64,000 nt of DNA, from IMG/VR virus record IMGVR_UViG_3300045988_154277. One strand, written 5' to 3'. Source of the DNA: a virus. Below the pieces are notes generated by a model. That model saw only the letters and a list, made by a program, of their open reading frames with translations, made no database searches and was not told where the DNA came from. The position numbers were made by a program, and so were the translations under genes. Positions within the stretch are counted from its first letter, which is position 1, and each line of letters opens with the position of its first letter. Positions 45,844 to 54,417 of this stretch are shown in pieces.

Positions 45844-47187
45844 TTATAGTTTTGATTTGATCTGTTTTATCACGTCCCGAACCCAACGACGATCTTCTTC
45901 GTTTAAGTATTCACGGTAATATTTCTGTTCTATCTTCTCTACCAGATCCTCTTCCTTTTTTTGGTTATTTGGGGCTTTGTCCCATTGCGCTAAGAACAGG
46001 TGATAACACTCGTGTACGATAGTTCCCATAAAACTATCTATTTGATCCTTTGTGGCGTTACCGGATGGACCCCACATGTTACTGTACAATCTGTAATTGA
46101 CATATATGTCTACAGAGCCAGACATGTTGTTCTTAGCATAACACCAACCGTACGGAGGGCGTTCTTCAGCAGTATCGTCGCTAAGACCCCACGTCATAGG
46201 TCTACGATTTGTTATAATTACATTTCGGACAGTAACAGATCCTCCAAAGAGGTGCTCCATCTTCTTTAGGATATGTGATGGGATCTTAACAGTAACCTCT
46301 ACTGGTATATCTCGATTAAACAATCTATCTATATCCAATAGATACGATACACCGATAGAGCATAGTTCAGTCGATGCTCGTGATATGGTTGTGACTATCA
46401 GTATAACTTGTTTGACACCATCCTGTATCCCGACATCCATAATGTCATCTCTAAAGATGTCATTCGCTTGTTTTGATATACCTAATATCGCCTCTTTGAA
46501 TTCTTCTTTCGTCATATCGTCTGATATTGTTAACTTAAATTCTTCCAATGCGAATACTAGGGTATCTGAAAGGAGTGCTATGTGACCAAGATCACTTGCT
46601 ATTGATCTTGCCAGATCACGAACATCTCCACGGCGATAACCAACAACTCCCTTTTGTTTTTCACAAAGCTGATGTGCTTTATCAACGTAACTATCTAGTT
46701 TTCGTTTAAAAGCATCAAATGGTGTTGATTTACATCTAGTACGCATGAACACATGGGCATCAGTGAATACTTCTGCTACCTCATCCATATATTTATACGG
46801 TATTAGTATAACACCATCTCTAGCTTGAGACATAAGTAAGAAAAGATCACTCATACTCTTCTTTACGAAATCAGAGTTACTCGTCTTAGGTGTTTCTTTG
46901 ATACCAAGTACTTTACACACCTTATGCCGAATAGCACCGAAGAACTTCTTAACAGCAGCAATCAGTTGGTTGATTTTCTCTTTCAACCAACTGATGAACT
47001 TACTGATCGCTTCTTTCGCTTGATCAACTAAGCTCTCTTCACCTATTAGTTCACGGAAGTGTTCTGTGTAACCATACTTGTTATAGTAGTTGACCACAAC
47101 GCATGCGTTGTGATACACATCGTAACCTTGTATGATTTGGTTACAGATAGTGTTGATATCGTTTAGGTATTTTAATTCAGTTTCCAT
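45844..47187 (-). CDS. HExxH zinc-metallopeptidase-like protein; paralog of 20209..21558
   Basis: GTIVHECYHLFLAQWD, WCYAKNNMSGS, and the N-terminal FISWLKEKINQLI helix. Confidence 0.5.
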   Translation of the reverse strand: METELKYLNDINTICNQIIQGYDVYHNACVVVNYYNKYGYTEHFRELIGEESLVDQAKEAISKFISWLKEKINQLIAAVKKFFGAIRHKVCKVLGIKETPKTSNSDFVKKSMSDLFLLMSQARDGVILIPYKYMDEVAEVFTDAHVFMRTRCKSTPFDAFKRKLDSYVDKAHQLCEKQKGVVGYRRGDVRDLARSIASDLGHIALLSDTLVFALEEFKLTISDDMTKEEFKEAILGISKQANDIFRDDIMDVGIQDGVKQVILIVTTISRASTELCSIGVSYLLDIDRLFNRDIPVEVTVKIPSHILKKMEHLFGGSVTVRNVIITNRRPMTWGLSDDTAEERPPYGWCYAKNNMSGSVDIYVNYRLYSNMWGPSGNATKDQIDSFMGTIVHECYHLFLAQWDKAPNNQKKEEDLVEKIEQKYYREYLNEEDRRWVRDVIKQIKSKL

Positions 47188-47995
47188 GTTCTAGATCCTC
47201 TTTAAGTAATTCATCCCAATAAGTATCGGTTGCGATGTCGTTGTCTTTTACCATAGCCTCGTATGGGATAGACCTGATCAGCTCCAGTTGCTCTTTGGTC
47301 AACAGTTCTTTGGAACAGTGCCAGCTCCGAAAGTAGTTGAAACGTGCTTTTGTGTGAAACTTCATATAGAGCCAGACAGTGTTGTTGTCTTCTGCTCTTT
47401 CGATGACCAGACGGTCACCTTCTTTGAGTCGTGCAAATTGCTCCAGGAACGCTTTGCAGTTGCAGAAACTCAGCTCACCGGCACTTACCCGGATCATCTT
47501 GCATTGCCATTCCAGAATCTCAAGCCTCCGAAGCTGCTCTCCCTCCAAATTGGATTTATGAAAAGAATGGGTTTCCGTGATGGCTTCGGGACCATTCATC
47601 AAATATCGTCTTACGACGATAGTCACCGTGTTATAGTCTTCTTTGAAAGATACCAGATCAACACGCTGATGATCCGCCACATACAACAGTTGATAACAGA
47701 GCGATTCAAACTCACTCTGTTCCGCACGTTTGTTTGCCAGCTTAAGTTGCTCTTCCTTGATTCGGACGATCCGTTCTGCGTTCAGATGTTTCTTTTGGAA
47801 TGTATATGCAACATCATAGGTGGGTAAGCTGATACCATCATGTTCTTTCCGAACGATGATCTCGAACTTGTCATCGAACTCCTGTATGCTGGTGATATAG
47901 ATGTGCTTGATCATATCATTCTGAGTTCGATCAATGTCGCGGATAACTGTGTCGAACAGTTTAGTAGACGAGGGTTTTTCAGAATGGTAAAACAT
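47177..47995 (-). CDS. hypothetical protein
   Basis: 272 aa with an AAGGAG RBS. Lies 70-100 nt downstream (leftward) of promoter-like motif 48066..48099. Confidence 0.45.
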   Translation of the reverse strand: MFYHSEKPSSTKLFDTVIRDIDRTQNDMIKHIYITSIQEFDDKFEIIVRKEHDGISLPTYDVAYTFQKKHLNAERIVRIKEEQLKLANKRAEQSEFESLCYQLLYVADHQRVDLVSFKEDYNTVTIVVRRYLMNGPEAITETHSFHKSNLEGEQLRRLEILEWQCKMIRVSAGELSFCNCKAFLEQFARLKEGDRLVIERAEDNNTVWLYMKFHTKARFNYFRSWHCSKELLTKEQLELIRSIPYEAMVKDNDIATDTYWDELLKEDLEHGN

Positions 47996-48065
47996 GCGTG
48001 ACTCCTTTATGATTGTTCTTATTGGATGTTTGATGGTTATATCAATTCGATGATATACTTCAATT

Positions 48066-48099
48066 AGTTATATATACTTCAAAAGACCTTCATTTACAC
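48066..48099 (-). promoter_or_regulatory. early-promoter-like motif about 70-100 nt upstream of ORF 47177..47995
   Basis: agttatatatacttcaaaagaccttcatttacac. Confidence 0.5.
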
Positions 48100-48120
48100 C
48101 TGCTATACTGGACATAAAGA

Positions 48121-48156
48121 CTGTACACGTGATGGTTTTATCCATCACGTGTACAG
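48121..48156 (-). terminator. hairpin downstream of the acidic repeat gene
   Basis: 15-bp stem ctgtacacgtgatgg / ccatcacgtgtacag. Confidence 0.5.
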
Positions 48157-48195
48157 TAGGGTAGACCTCTAATAGTCCTATACTAGAACCTTAGA

Positions 48196-50295
48196 TCAAA
48201 GCCATCTGAAAAGACGGTCTTGGTTCAGTTCTTTCTCAGCCGATTCGTTGGGGATGGTCTCCGGGGGAGTCTCCACAACTTCACGGTGGGGTTCGGTCAC
48301 AGCGTTCGGAACTTCCGGATCGCCGTTGGGATCGACGCCAGGAGCTGGTTCCTCCACAGGCTTCGGTTCACCTTCACCACCAGGAAGACCTTCCGGTTCC
48401 ACAACACCAGCTTCGTTGGTCAGAGCAGGCTGCGGGGGAACGAGAGGTTCTTCTTCGATCGGAGAACCATCCGGGTTGACAGGGCTCACCGGAGGAGTGA
48501 CTTCCGGGTCAACGGGAGCAGGAGTTGCAGGTTCCGCAGGAGGAACGATGGGTTCTTCCACAACGGTACCTTCCGGAGTGACGGCAGGTTCCCCTTCGTT
48601 CCGATAGACACGACGACGATTGGTCGGGTTGCCAGCGGACGGAGCCGGTTCACCACCGACAGGACCTTCCGTGCCTTCTTCCAGAGCACCAGCCGGATCC
48701 GCATTGCCATCACCAGACTTGCCTTCCCCTTCCGTATCGTCCGGAAGCGTGCTCGCCGGGTCTTCCATCTGTTTCTCAGGTTCGAACTCATGCTCGGTCA
48801 CATCACCACCCTGGAACTCATTGAAGACGCGACGACGATTGGTCGCATCACCAGTGGTGGAAGATGCACTTGGTTCGTTGCCGGAGGTCGGAGCAGGATC
48901 GCCTTTGCCTTCTCCTTCGCTTTCATCGGGGAGGGTACCAGCAGGATCATCCATCTGTTCTTCCGGTTTGAACTCATGTTCCGTGACATCGCCGCCTTCG
49001 AACTCGTTCTTGGCATGACGACGGACTTTGCCTCTGCGTTTGTTACCGAGAGGTTTCTGCTCGGTGACTTCTTCCACAGGAGTTGCAACCGGAGCCTGTT
49101 CTGGAACTTCGGCTTTCTTCAGCTTACCGCACATCGCGACAACCTGGTCAACCATGTGGCTGCAAGCCGTTCCATAAAGCTGAGCCACCGTACCAACCGT
49201 GGCAGCGAACTTACGGCACTCTTCGATTTCACCATCCGCCTTCGCATCACCTTCCATCGCGTTGATCTGTTCGACTTTCGCACAGACATCATCTTTGCAT
49301 TTACAGACAACGTCTTTGGCTTTGGCGATGTTCTCACATTTGCCGATCACAGCAGCGAGAGCAAGAGTCGCTTCTTTCAGGTTCGCAGGAGTCCAACGGA
49401 AGACCGCCATCTCCTGTTCCTGAGGAGCATCGGCAGGACCTTCGACCGGGATCGCTTCCGCCGTCTCGCGCTGTTCCAGATCTTCCTGAGACTTACCTTC
49501 TTCAGCAGCCGGAGTTTCGGCGACAGGAGCAGACATCACTTCTTCCGGAGCAGGAGCTTCCGCCTCTGCTACAGCAGGAGACTCTTCCACGATCGCGACC
49601 TTCTCTTCGACCTGATAACCGAGTGTCTTGAGAGCCGGTTCGATCTCAGCAAGCTTGGCGGGATCCAGAGTCGGCATCGCAGCATTGATCGTTTCCAGAG
49701 CTTTGATGCGTTCCATGAACACAGGCTGAGTAAATCCGAAGACTTCGTCCGTAGCGAACGCAGCCGCATCGATCGCTTCGATGTTGCCGAGCAGATCGTT
49801 GGCAAGGTCGTTCAGAGTTTCCTGCTGACATTTGGAAGTTTCACAGAGTTTGTCGAGGTAATCGCAAACGGTGTGAGCCAGGGAGTGGAAGAACTCACAG
49901 ACTTTGGCATACGCATTCTCAACGACGTTGTCGATGCCTTCGCAGCAGAGTTTGCCGACCTGACGAGTATTGAGAGAGGTGACGTTCGGGATTTCGATGC
50001 CGATCGCATTCGCAAGCTGGTTGCCGTCATTGAAGACCGCAAGCAGACCTTCCGTAGCGCCGTGCTCTGTGAACAGAGCTTTCGCCTGTTTCAGAGTGGC
50101 AACCGCATCATAGACCGCTTTGTCCTGGCAGATGATACGGCTGATCTTGTTGCCCTTCATTTCAAGGGCAACTTGACAGTTCTGCATGTTGGCGAGATGG
50201 ATCCAGAAGAACCCCTTGCTGACAACTTTCTTCGCAGTAGAGTGCTGCTTGGGAGCAAGGATGCTCTTGAGATTGAGGTTGATTCCGTTACTCAT
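48196..50295 (-). CDS. acidic Ala/Glu/Pro-rich protein with internal repeats, encoded by a GC-rich DNA segment
   Basis: 699 aa. Contains a tandem ~75-aa repeat (NEFEGGDVTEHEFKPEEQMDDPAGTLPDESEGEGK / NEFQGGDVTEHEFEPEKQMEDPASTLPDDTEGEGK) and two Cys-containing N-terminal subdomains. The plus-strand ORF 48220..50340 is judged to be an antisense artefact. Confidence 0.5.
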   Translation of the reverse strand: MSNGINLNLKSILAPKQHSTAKKVVSKGFFWIHLANMQNCQVALEMKGNKISRIICQDKAVYDAVATLKQAKALFTEHGATEGLLAVFNDGNQLANAIGIEIPNVTSLNTRQVGKLCCEGIDNVVENAYAKVCEFFHSLAHTVCDYLDKLCETSKCQQETLNDLANDLLGNIEAIDAAAFATDEVFGFTQPVFMERIKALETINAAMPTLDPAKLAEIEPALKTLGYQVEEKVAIVEESPAVAEAEAPAPEEVMSAPVAETPAAEEGKSQEDLEQRETAEAIPVEGPADAPQEQEMAVFRWTPANLKEATLALAAVIGKCENIAKAKDVVCKCKDDVCAKVEQINAMEGDAKADGEIEECRKFAATVGTVAQLYGTACSHMVDQVVAMCGKLKKAEVPEQAPVATPVEEVTEQKPLGNKRRGKVRRHAKNEFEGGDVTEHEFKPEEQMDDPAGTLPDESEGEGKGDPAPTSGNEPSASSTTGDATNRRRVFNEFQGGDVTEHEFEPEKQMEDPASTLPDDTEGEGKSGDGNADPAGALEEGTEGPVGGEPAPSAGNPTNRRRVYRNEGEPAVTPEGTVVEEPIVPPAEPATPAPVDPEVTPPVSPVNPDGSPIEEEPLVPPQPALTNEAGVVEPEGLPGGEGEPKPVEEPAPGVDPNGDPEVPNAVTEPHREVVETPPETIPNESAEKELNQDRLFRWL
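48600..49035. repeat. tandem ~225-bp direct repeat inside the acidic protein gene
   Basis: ttcgaactcatgctcggtcacatcaccaccctggaactcattgaagacgcgacgacgattggtcgc (about 48784..48850) recurs as ttgaactcatgttccgtgacatcgccgccttcgaactcgtt (about 48968..49010). gacgacgattggtcg recurs near 48610. Confidence 0.6.
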
Positions 50296-50326
50296 AATCC
50301 TATTCCTTTGTATAAGGTGAAATGTT

Positions 50327-51292
50327 TCAGTTTACTGTGAGTATATTGTTCCACGTATCGATAAGCATACCGCTCATCTGTGTTACATAGGATTGAAAGA
50401 CGACCGCACATTTGAACACGTAGCTGGCACGTAAGCTCTTGTTGTTGAGCTCGTATTGCAGCTGTTGTGCACCTGCATCATCTCCCAATGCGATGTATTT
50501 ATCGATCGTACGGATGGAAGCGGTTACATCGTTCTCCAACGAGTTCTTCAGATCGTTCAGTTCAGCAGCTTGTGTACAAAGCATCGCAACACGATTGGTG
50601 ATCTGTTTCAGATGCTCCACGGACCAGTCACTGCTCTTCATCGTCATACGACCTGCTCTGATCTTGTAAGGATTCACTTCATAGATCACTCCGTCTTTGA
50701 CCGTGTATCCGAATTGGGTGATCCCTGTTTTGAAGGTAGCAGCATCTTGGATCGAAGGAACTTTAGACAACTCCATCACGTCGTGATAGAGGATCTCGAG
50801 ACTACTGATCACTTCAACCGACTCCTTATAAGTAGGAAGATAAAGATCGACAGTCTGCAACTTCAGATCAGCGTCGTTGGATCGATTCTTATCGAACTCT
50901 CTCTGCAGGTTGTAGAGAGTCGTCCTCGTTCTGGAGTTCGTATCGAACATCCGTTTGAAGAACGCTACGATGCTAGCCCACAGATTCATGAAGAAGTTCT
51001 TAAGTGACAGAAGTGCATTCCGGAACATCGATGACAGTCCTTCCTGAGAACTGTTCATCAGTTTCTCACTTCCCAGAGCATCTCGGAGCACGATATCCTT
51101 CATACCCGCATAATCGATCAAAGAGTGGATATTGAAGGTCTTCAAGATCTCATCCTGAATGGCGTGGAAGTTGTTTACAACAACACGTTCCAAGTCATCC
51201 ATAGTGGAGATCTGAGAAGCGAGTTCTTCGATCGACCAGTTGCAGATAGGAGGAGGCGCTGGGAATGCTTGTTTCAAAGCGTTCGTGATCAT
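50327..51292 (-). CDS. hypothetical protein
   Basis: 321 aa. First of four coupled genes 50327..54351. Confidence 0.45.
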   Translation of the reverse strand: MITNALKQAFPAPPPICNWSIEELASQISTMDDLERVVVNNFHAIQDEILKTFNIHSLIDYAGMKDIVLRDALGSEKLMNSSQEGLSSMFRNALLSLKNFFMNLWASIVAFFKRMFDTNSRTRTTLYNLQREFDKNRSNDADLKLQTVDLYLPTYKESVEVISSLEILYHDVMELSKVPSIQDAATFKTGITQFGYTVKDGVIYEVNPYKIRAGRMTMKSSDWSVEHLKQITNRVAMLCTQAAELNDLKNSLENDVTASIRTIDKYIALGDDAGAQQLQYELNNKSLRASYVFKCAVVFQSYVTQMSGMLIDTWNNILTVN

Positions 51293-52239
51293 ACCTCAGT
51301 ATCCTCCATAGTCAGATGATCCTGGAGATATTTGGTGTATGCATACAGGGTTTCCAGTGTTTCCACATTGGAGATATCCGCTTGCTGGATAGGAAGATCC
51401 AGATCGGTATCCGTATCCAGACAGATCAGATGAGTCATCTTGAGAAGACCGTATTTGACCGTGAATCGACTGGATGCTTCCCGGAGTTCCTGTTTCATCC
51501 AACCCCAACGGAATGCACTGGACGGAAGTTTCAGAACATCTTCTTTGCGTTCGATCTTCGCCTGATGTGCGATCAGAAGGAGAACCTTCAGATACTCGAT
51601 CACCGCTTGGATCTTCGTATGGTAGTCCACAGCGATGCTGTCGTTGCTGTTCGTCTTCTGGAAACAGCCTTTGATCTTCTCATCCACGATGTCCATGAAG
51701 AGGAGGAATCGTTCCTGTGGGATCAGATACTTTGAGATATCGAAATCCTGGTTCCAAGTCTGGAACCACTCTTCACTGTTCCTCAGGAGAGAAGATTTGA
51801 ATGCATTGAACTGAAGCGTATCGTCCGCACCAGGATCTTGTTTGTGGAGCAAGAGCAGGTTGTTGAACATCGTCAAACTGTTCGTCGGAATAGAGAACGG
51901 GTAGTTCTTGTTCTTCTCAGCGAGGGAACGCCAACGTCTGGAGATCTTGCTGATTACATTGAACAAGCTCTGGTAAACGAACACCTTGATCGCCTGCTGA
52001 TACGAAGTGGCCAGTTCTCGGAGTTGCTCATCGTTCAAGTTCGTGATATCACGACGATACACATCAGCGTAGATCCGCATCATGTTCTCATCGAACGACG
52101 GAGTAACATCTCCGATGTTCCACACCGCTACCATATCGCAGATCCACTGGAACTCCACATATCTGCGTTGTGACATCTGAGCGGTCATGGTAGCAACCTG
52201 AGCTGCTCGTTTTAATCCAATATCGAATCCCATGATCAA
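51289..52239 (-). CDS. hypothetical protein
   Basis: 316 aa. Stop and start overlap with its neighbours. Confidence 0.45.
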   Translation of the reverse strand: MIMGFDIGLKRAAQVATMTAQMSQRRYVEFQWICDMVAVWNIGDVTPSFDENMMRIYADVYRRDITNLNDEQLRELATSYQQAIKVFVYQSLFNVISKISRRWRSLAEKNKNYPFSIPTNSLTMFNNLLLLHKQDPGADDTLQFNAFKSSLLRNSEEWFQTWNQDFDISKYLIPQERFLLFMDIVDEKIKGCFQKTNSNDSIAVDYHTKIQAVIEYLKVLLLIAHQAKIERKEDVLKLPSSAFRWGWMKQELREASSRFTVKYGLLKMTHLICLDTDTDLDLPIQQADISNVETLETLYAYTKYLQDHLTMEDTEV

Positions 52240-53192
52240 TCCTCCATATAGCTGCTGATCTTGAGATCGAGATCTCGGATCATATCGTTATAAGTGTTGA
52301 TGATCTTCACAGCTTTCCGGTATTCATCGCTGTTGGGATCAATACCATTCAGCTGAAGTTTCAGAAGGTCAGTGTGGTTCTGCAACCACTCTTTCTCCTG
52401 GACCATCTTCTGGTATTTCAGGTTGCGCATCAGAACACCCCACTCTCCGAAATAACGGAAGATAGAGGCGAGGATCGTAGCGCCACCCTCGATGAGACCG
52501 AACTTGTTCTTGACGGTCTTGATCATATCGTTCACTCGATCCTGATCATCGAGCAACGTTGTATCGCTTGACTTGCGAAGAGTATCGATCTCGGTGATCA
52601 ATTGATTCGCACTGGATGGCAGAGAACCAACCTTAAGCAGTTCAACAACGCCGAGTTTATACTTGTTGATGAACTCATACCGATATGGTTTCGGTTGGTT
52701 GAGTTCATGAACACCTTCATTGACGATGATCTCGTACAACACTCCATCGAACAGATAAACAGCGTAGTTGCTGAAGATCTGTGCCTGTTCCACGATACGG
52801 AACACCGCCAGCTGGCTGACTTTCGCATTGTAGATCGTAGTGAACTTCTCGTTGAAGAGAACATTCACATTACGTTCGATCATCTGAAGAACCGTTGTAA
52901 GGTTCTGAGCAAGCATAACGAACGGATCGAATCCAACCTTCTGAGAGCGCAACAGCTTGTTGATCTCTACACAAGTGTTGCAGAAGAGGTTGCCTGGAAC
53001 GGCGAATGTATTGATCCTCTGAGAGAACTGTTCCTTATCCGATCCAGTAATGTTGTTAAGTGTATTGATGAAGTTGGTAAGCTGTCCCTCAACCAGTTTA
53101 AGATTCTCTTTGAAGTCTTCTTTCGAGATCTTCCGCATCTTCTTGGATTCGACAGCAACCACTTCACCTACGTCTTTCAATATATCTCGCAT
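52236..53192 (-). CDS. hypothetical protein
   Basis: 318 aa. Stop and start overlap with its neighbours. Confidence 0.45.
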   Translation of the reverse strand: MRDILKDVGEVVAVESKKMRKISKEDFKENLKLVEGQLTNFINTLNNITGSDKEQFSQRINTFAVPGNLFCNTCVEINKLLRSQKVGFDPFVMLAQNLTTVLQMIERNVNVLFNEKFTTIYNAKVSQLAVFRIVEQAQIFSNYAVYLFDGVLYEIIVNEGVHELNQPKPYRYEFINKYKLGVVELLKVGSLPSSANQLITEIDTLRKSSDTTLLDDQDRVNDMIKTVKNKFGLIEGGATILASIFRYFGEWGVLMRNLKYQKMVQEKEWLQNHTDLLKLQLNGIDPNSDEYRKAVKIINTYNDMIRDLDLKISSYMED

Positions 53193-53205
53193 AGTGGCTA
53201 CTCCT

Positions 53206-54285
53206 TTAGAATCTGGGACTCATACCCTGGGAGAAAGTCTGCATGATCTCTGCGAGATTGAAGCTGTCCTTCCCCTTGGCTCCCACTTTATTCAACATCT
53301 GGAACGTGTAAGTTCCCTTCACGTCGATGCCGTTGAAATACATATCGACGGTTCCACCCATCACGTCGACAACAACCACGAAGATCGCCATCGTCTTCAA
53401 CATGAAACTCTGACGATAACCTTTGTCTGCAAAGTTCGCACCGACCTCTTTGCAAGCTTCGGTAAAGGTTGGTTTGTCCATGATGATCATGGAGTTCGCC
53501 AAGTTTCCGGATGTGGGTTTCATACCGATCAGGCGAAGTGCCCAGTTGAAAAGCTTATTGTGCTGGTTGGTAAGGATCGCAGCCAGAACACCGGACTTGT
53601 CTTCCTTCAGGAGTTTTTCCTGCTTCTTGAGCAGGTCTCTGGAGAGCATGAAGTCGTTCCAGAAACTGATCTCCTTCGCCTCCACCTGTTTCCAACGAAC
53701 GGACATCGGCGGATGGAAGTTGATGTTCATGAAACCTTTGCAGATGTTGGAAGACAAGATGATCGGGATCAGCTGGACATACACGTATACTTTAAACGTG
53801 TTCACCTTGCCGCCCCCTTCAAGCGTAAGATCGACCTCCAAAAGACGTCCGGTAACCAGTCGCTGGCTGTCCTTCTCCAGGTCCACCACTTGTGACTCCA
53901 TAGAGACGTTCATCTCTTTGATCGTGGAGTTCAGAGTCTCCTGACCGAAGTCATCCGCGATGATCGTGACGGTATCTTGAAGGGTTTCTGTGGCGATGAT
54001 ACCGTACAGTTCTTTCACCGTCTTTCCGCCAACCACTACATTTTGCATATTCAAAGCGGTCATGATGTAGCTAGCATAAAGCTGGTTCAGGGTACCGAGC
54101 AACGGTAACGCGATGTCGTCTTGAGCGACACTTTCCTGCAGATACACTCGACTGATGATGTTCGCAGGTTTGTTCATTTGTGTCAGCGATACTGTCTGCA
54201 TCTCGTTGACCTTATTCACACCTTGTGCGACGATCTTCAAGATTTCAGACAGTCCTGCTGGCAGCAGATCTGGGATAGAAGCCAT
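53206..54285 (-). CDS. hypothetical protein
   Basis: Start refined to MASIPDLL at 54285 (GTGAGGA RBS). The ORF-track version extends to 54351. Confidence 0.45.
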   Translation of the reverse strand: MASIPDLLPAGLSEILKIVAQGVNKVNEMQTVSLTQMNKPANIISRVYLQESVAQDDIALPLLGTLNQLYASYIMTALNMQNVVVGGKTVKELYGIIATETLQDTVTIIADDFGQETLNSTIKEMNVSMESQVVDLEKDSQRLVTGRLLEVDLTLEGGGKVNTFKVYVYVQLIPIILSSNICKGFMNINFHPPMSVRWKQVEAKEISFWNDFMLSRDLLKKQEKLLKEDKSGVLAAILTNQHNKLFNWALRLIGMKPTSGNLANSMIIMDKPTFTEACKEVGANFADKGYRQSFMLKTMAIFVVVVDVMGGTVDMYFNGIDVKGTYTFQMLNKVGAKGKDSFNLAEIMQTFSQGMSPRF

Positions 54286-54344
54286 ATGAAATATCCTCAC
54301 TTTGCGGGATAAAATACCCCTTGATTTTGTGGATTCAATGCAGC

Positions 54345-54353
54345 ATAGCATGT
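54345..54353 (-). promoter_or_regulatory. ATGCTATG motif on the minus strand, 60 nt upstream of the refined start at 54285
   Basis: The minus strand reads gacATGCTATGctg. Confidence 0.35.
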
Positions 54354-54417
54354 CCAGGAACGCACCCTCAACTATGAGATGCTAGACTCTATTATTCCTT
54401 AATATAAGGAGACAACC

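Noticed and set aside
48220-50340. 706-aa plus-strand ORF, with several nested ORFs, overlapping the acidic repeat gene
   Set aside because: Its composition is R/F/S-rich, typical of an antisense read-through of a GC-rich, repeat-containing gene. The minus-strand product is protein-like and fits the operon orientation.
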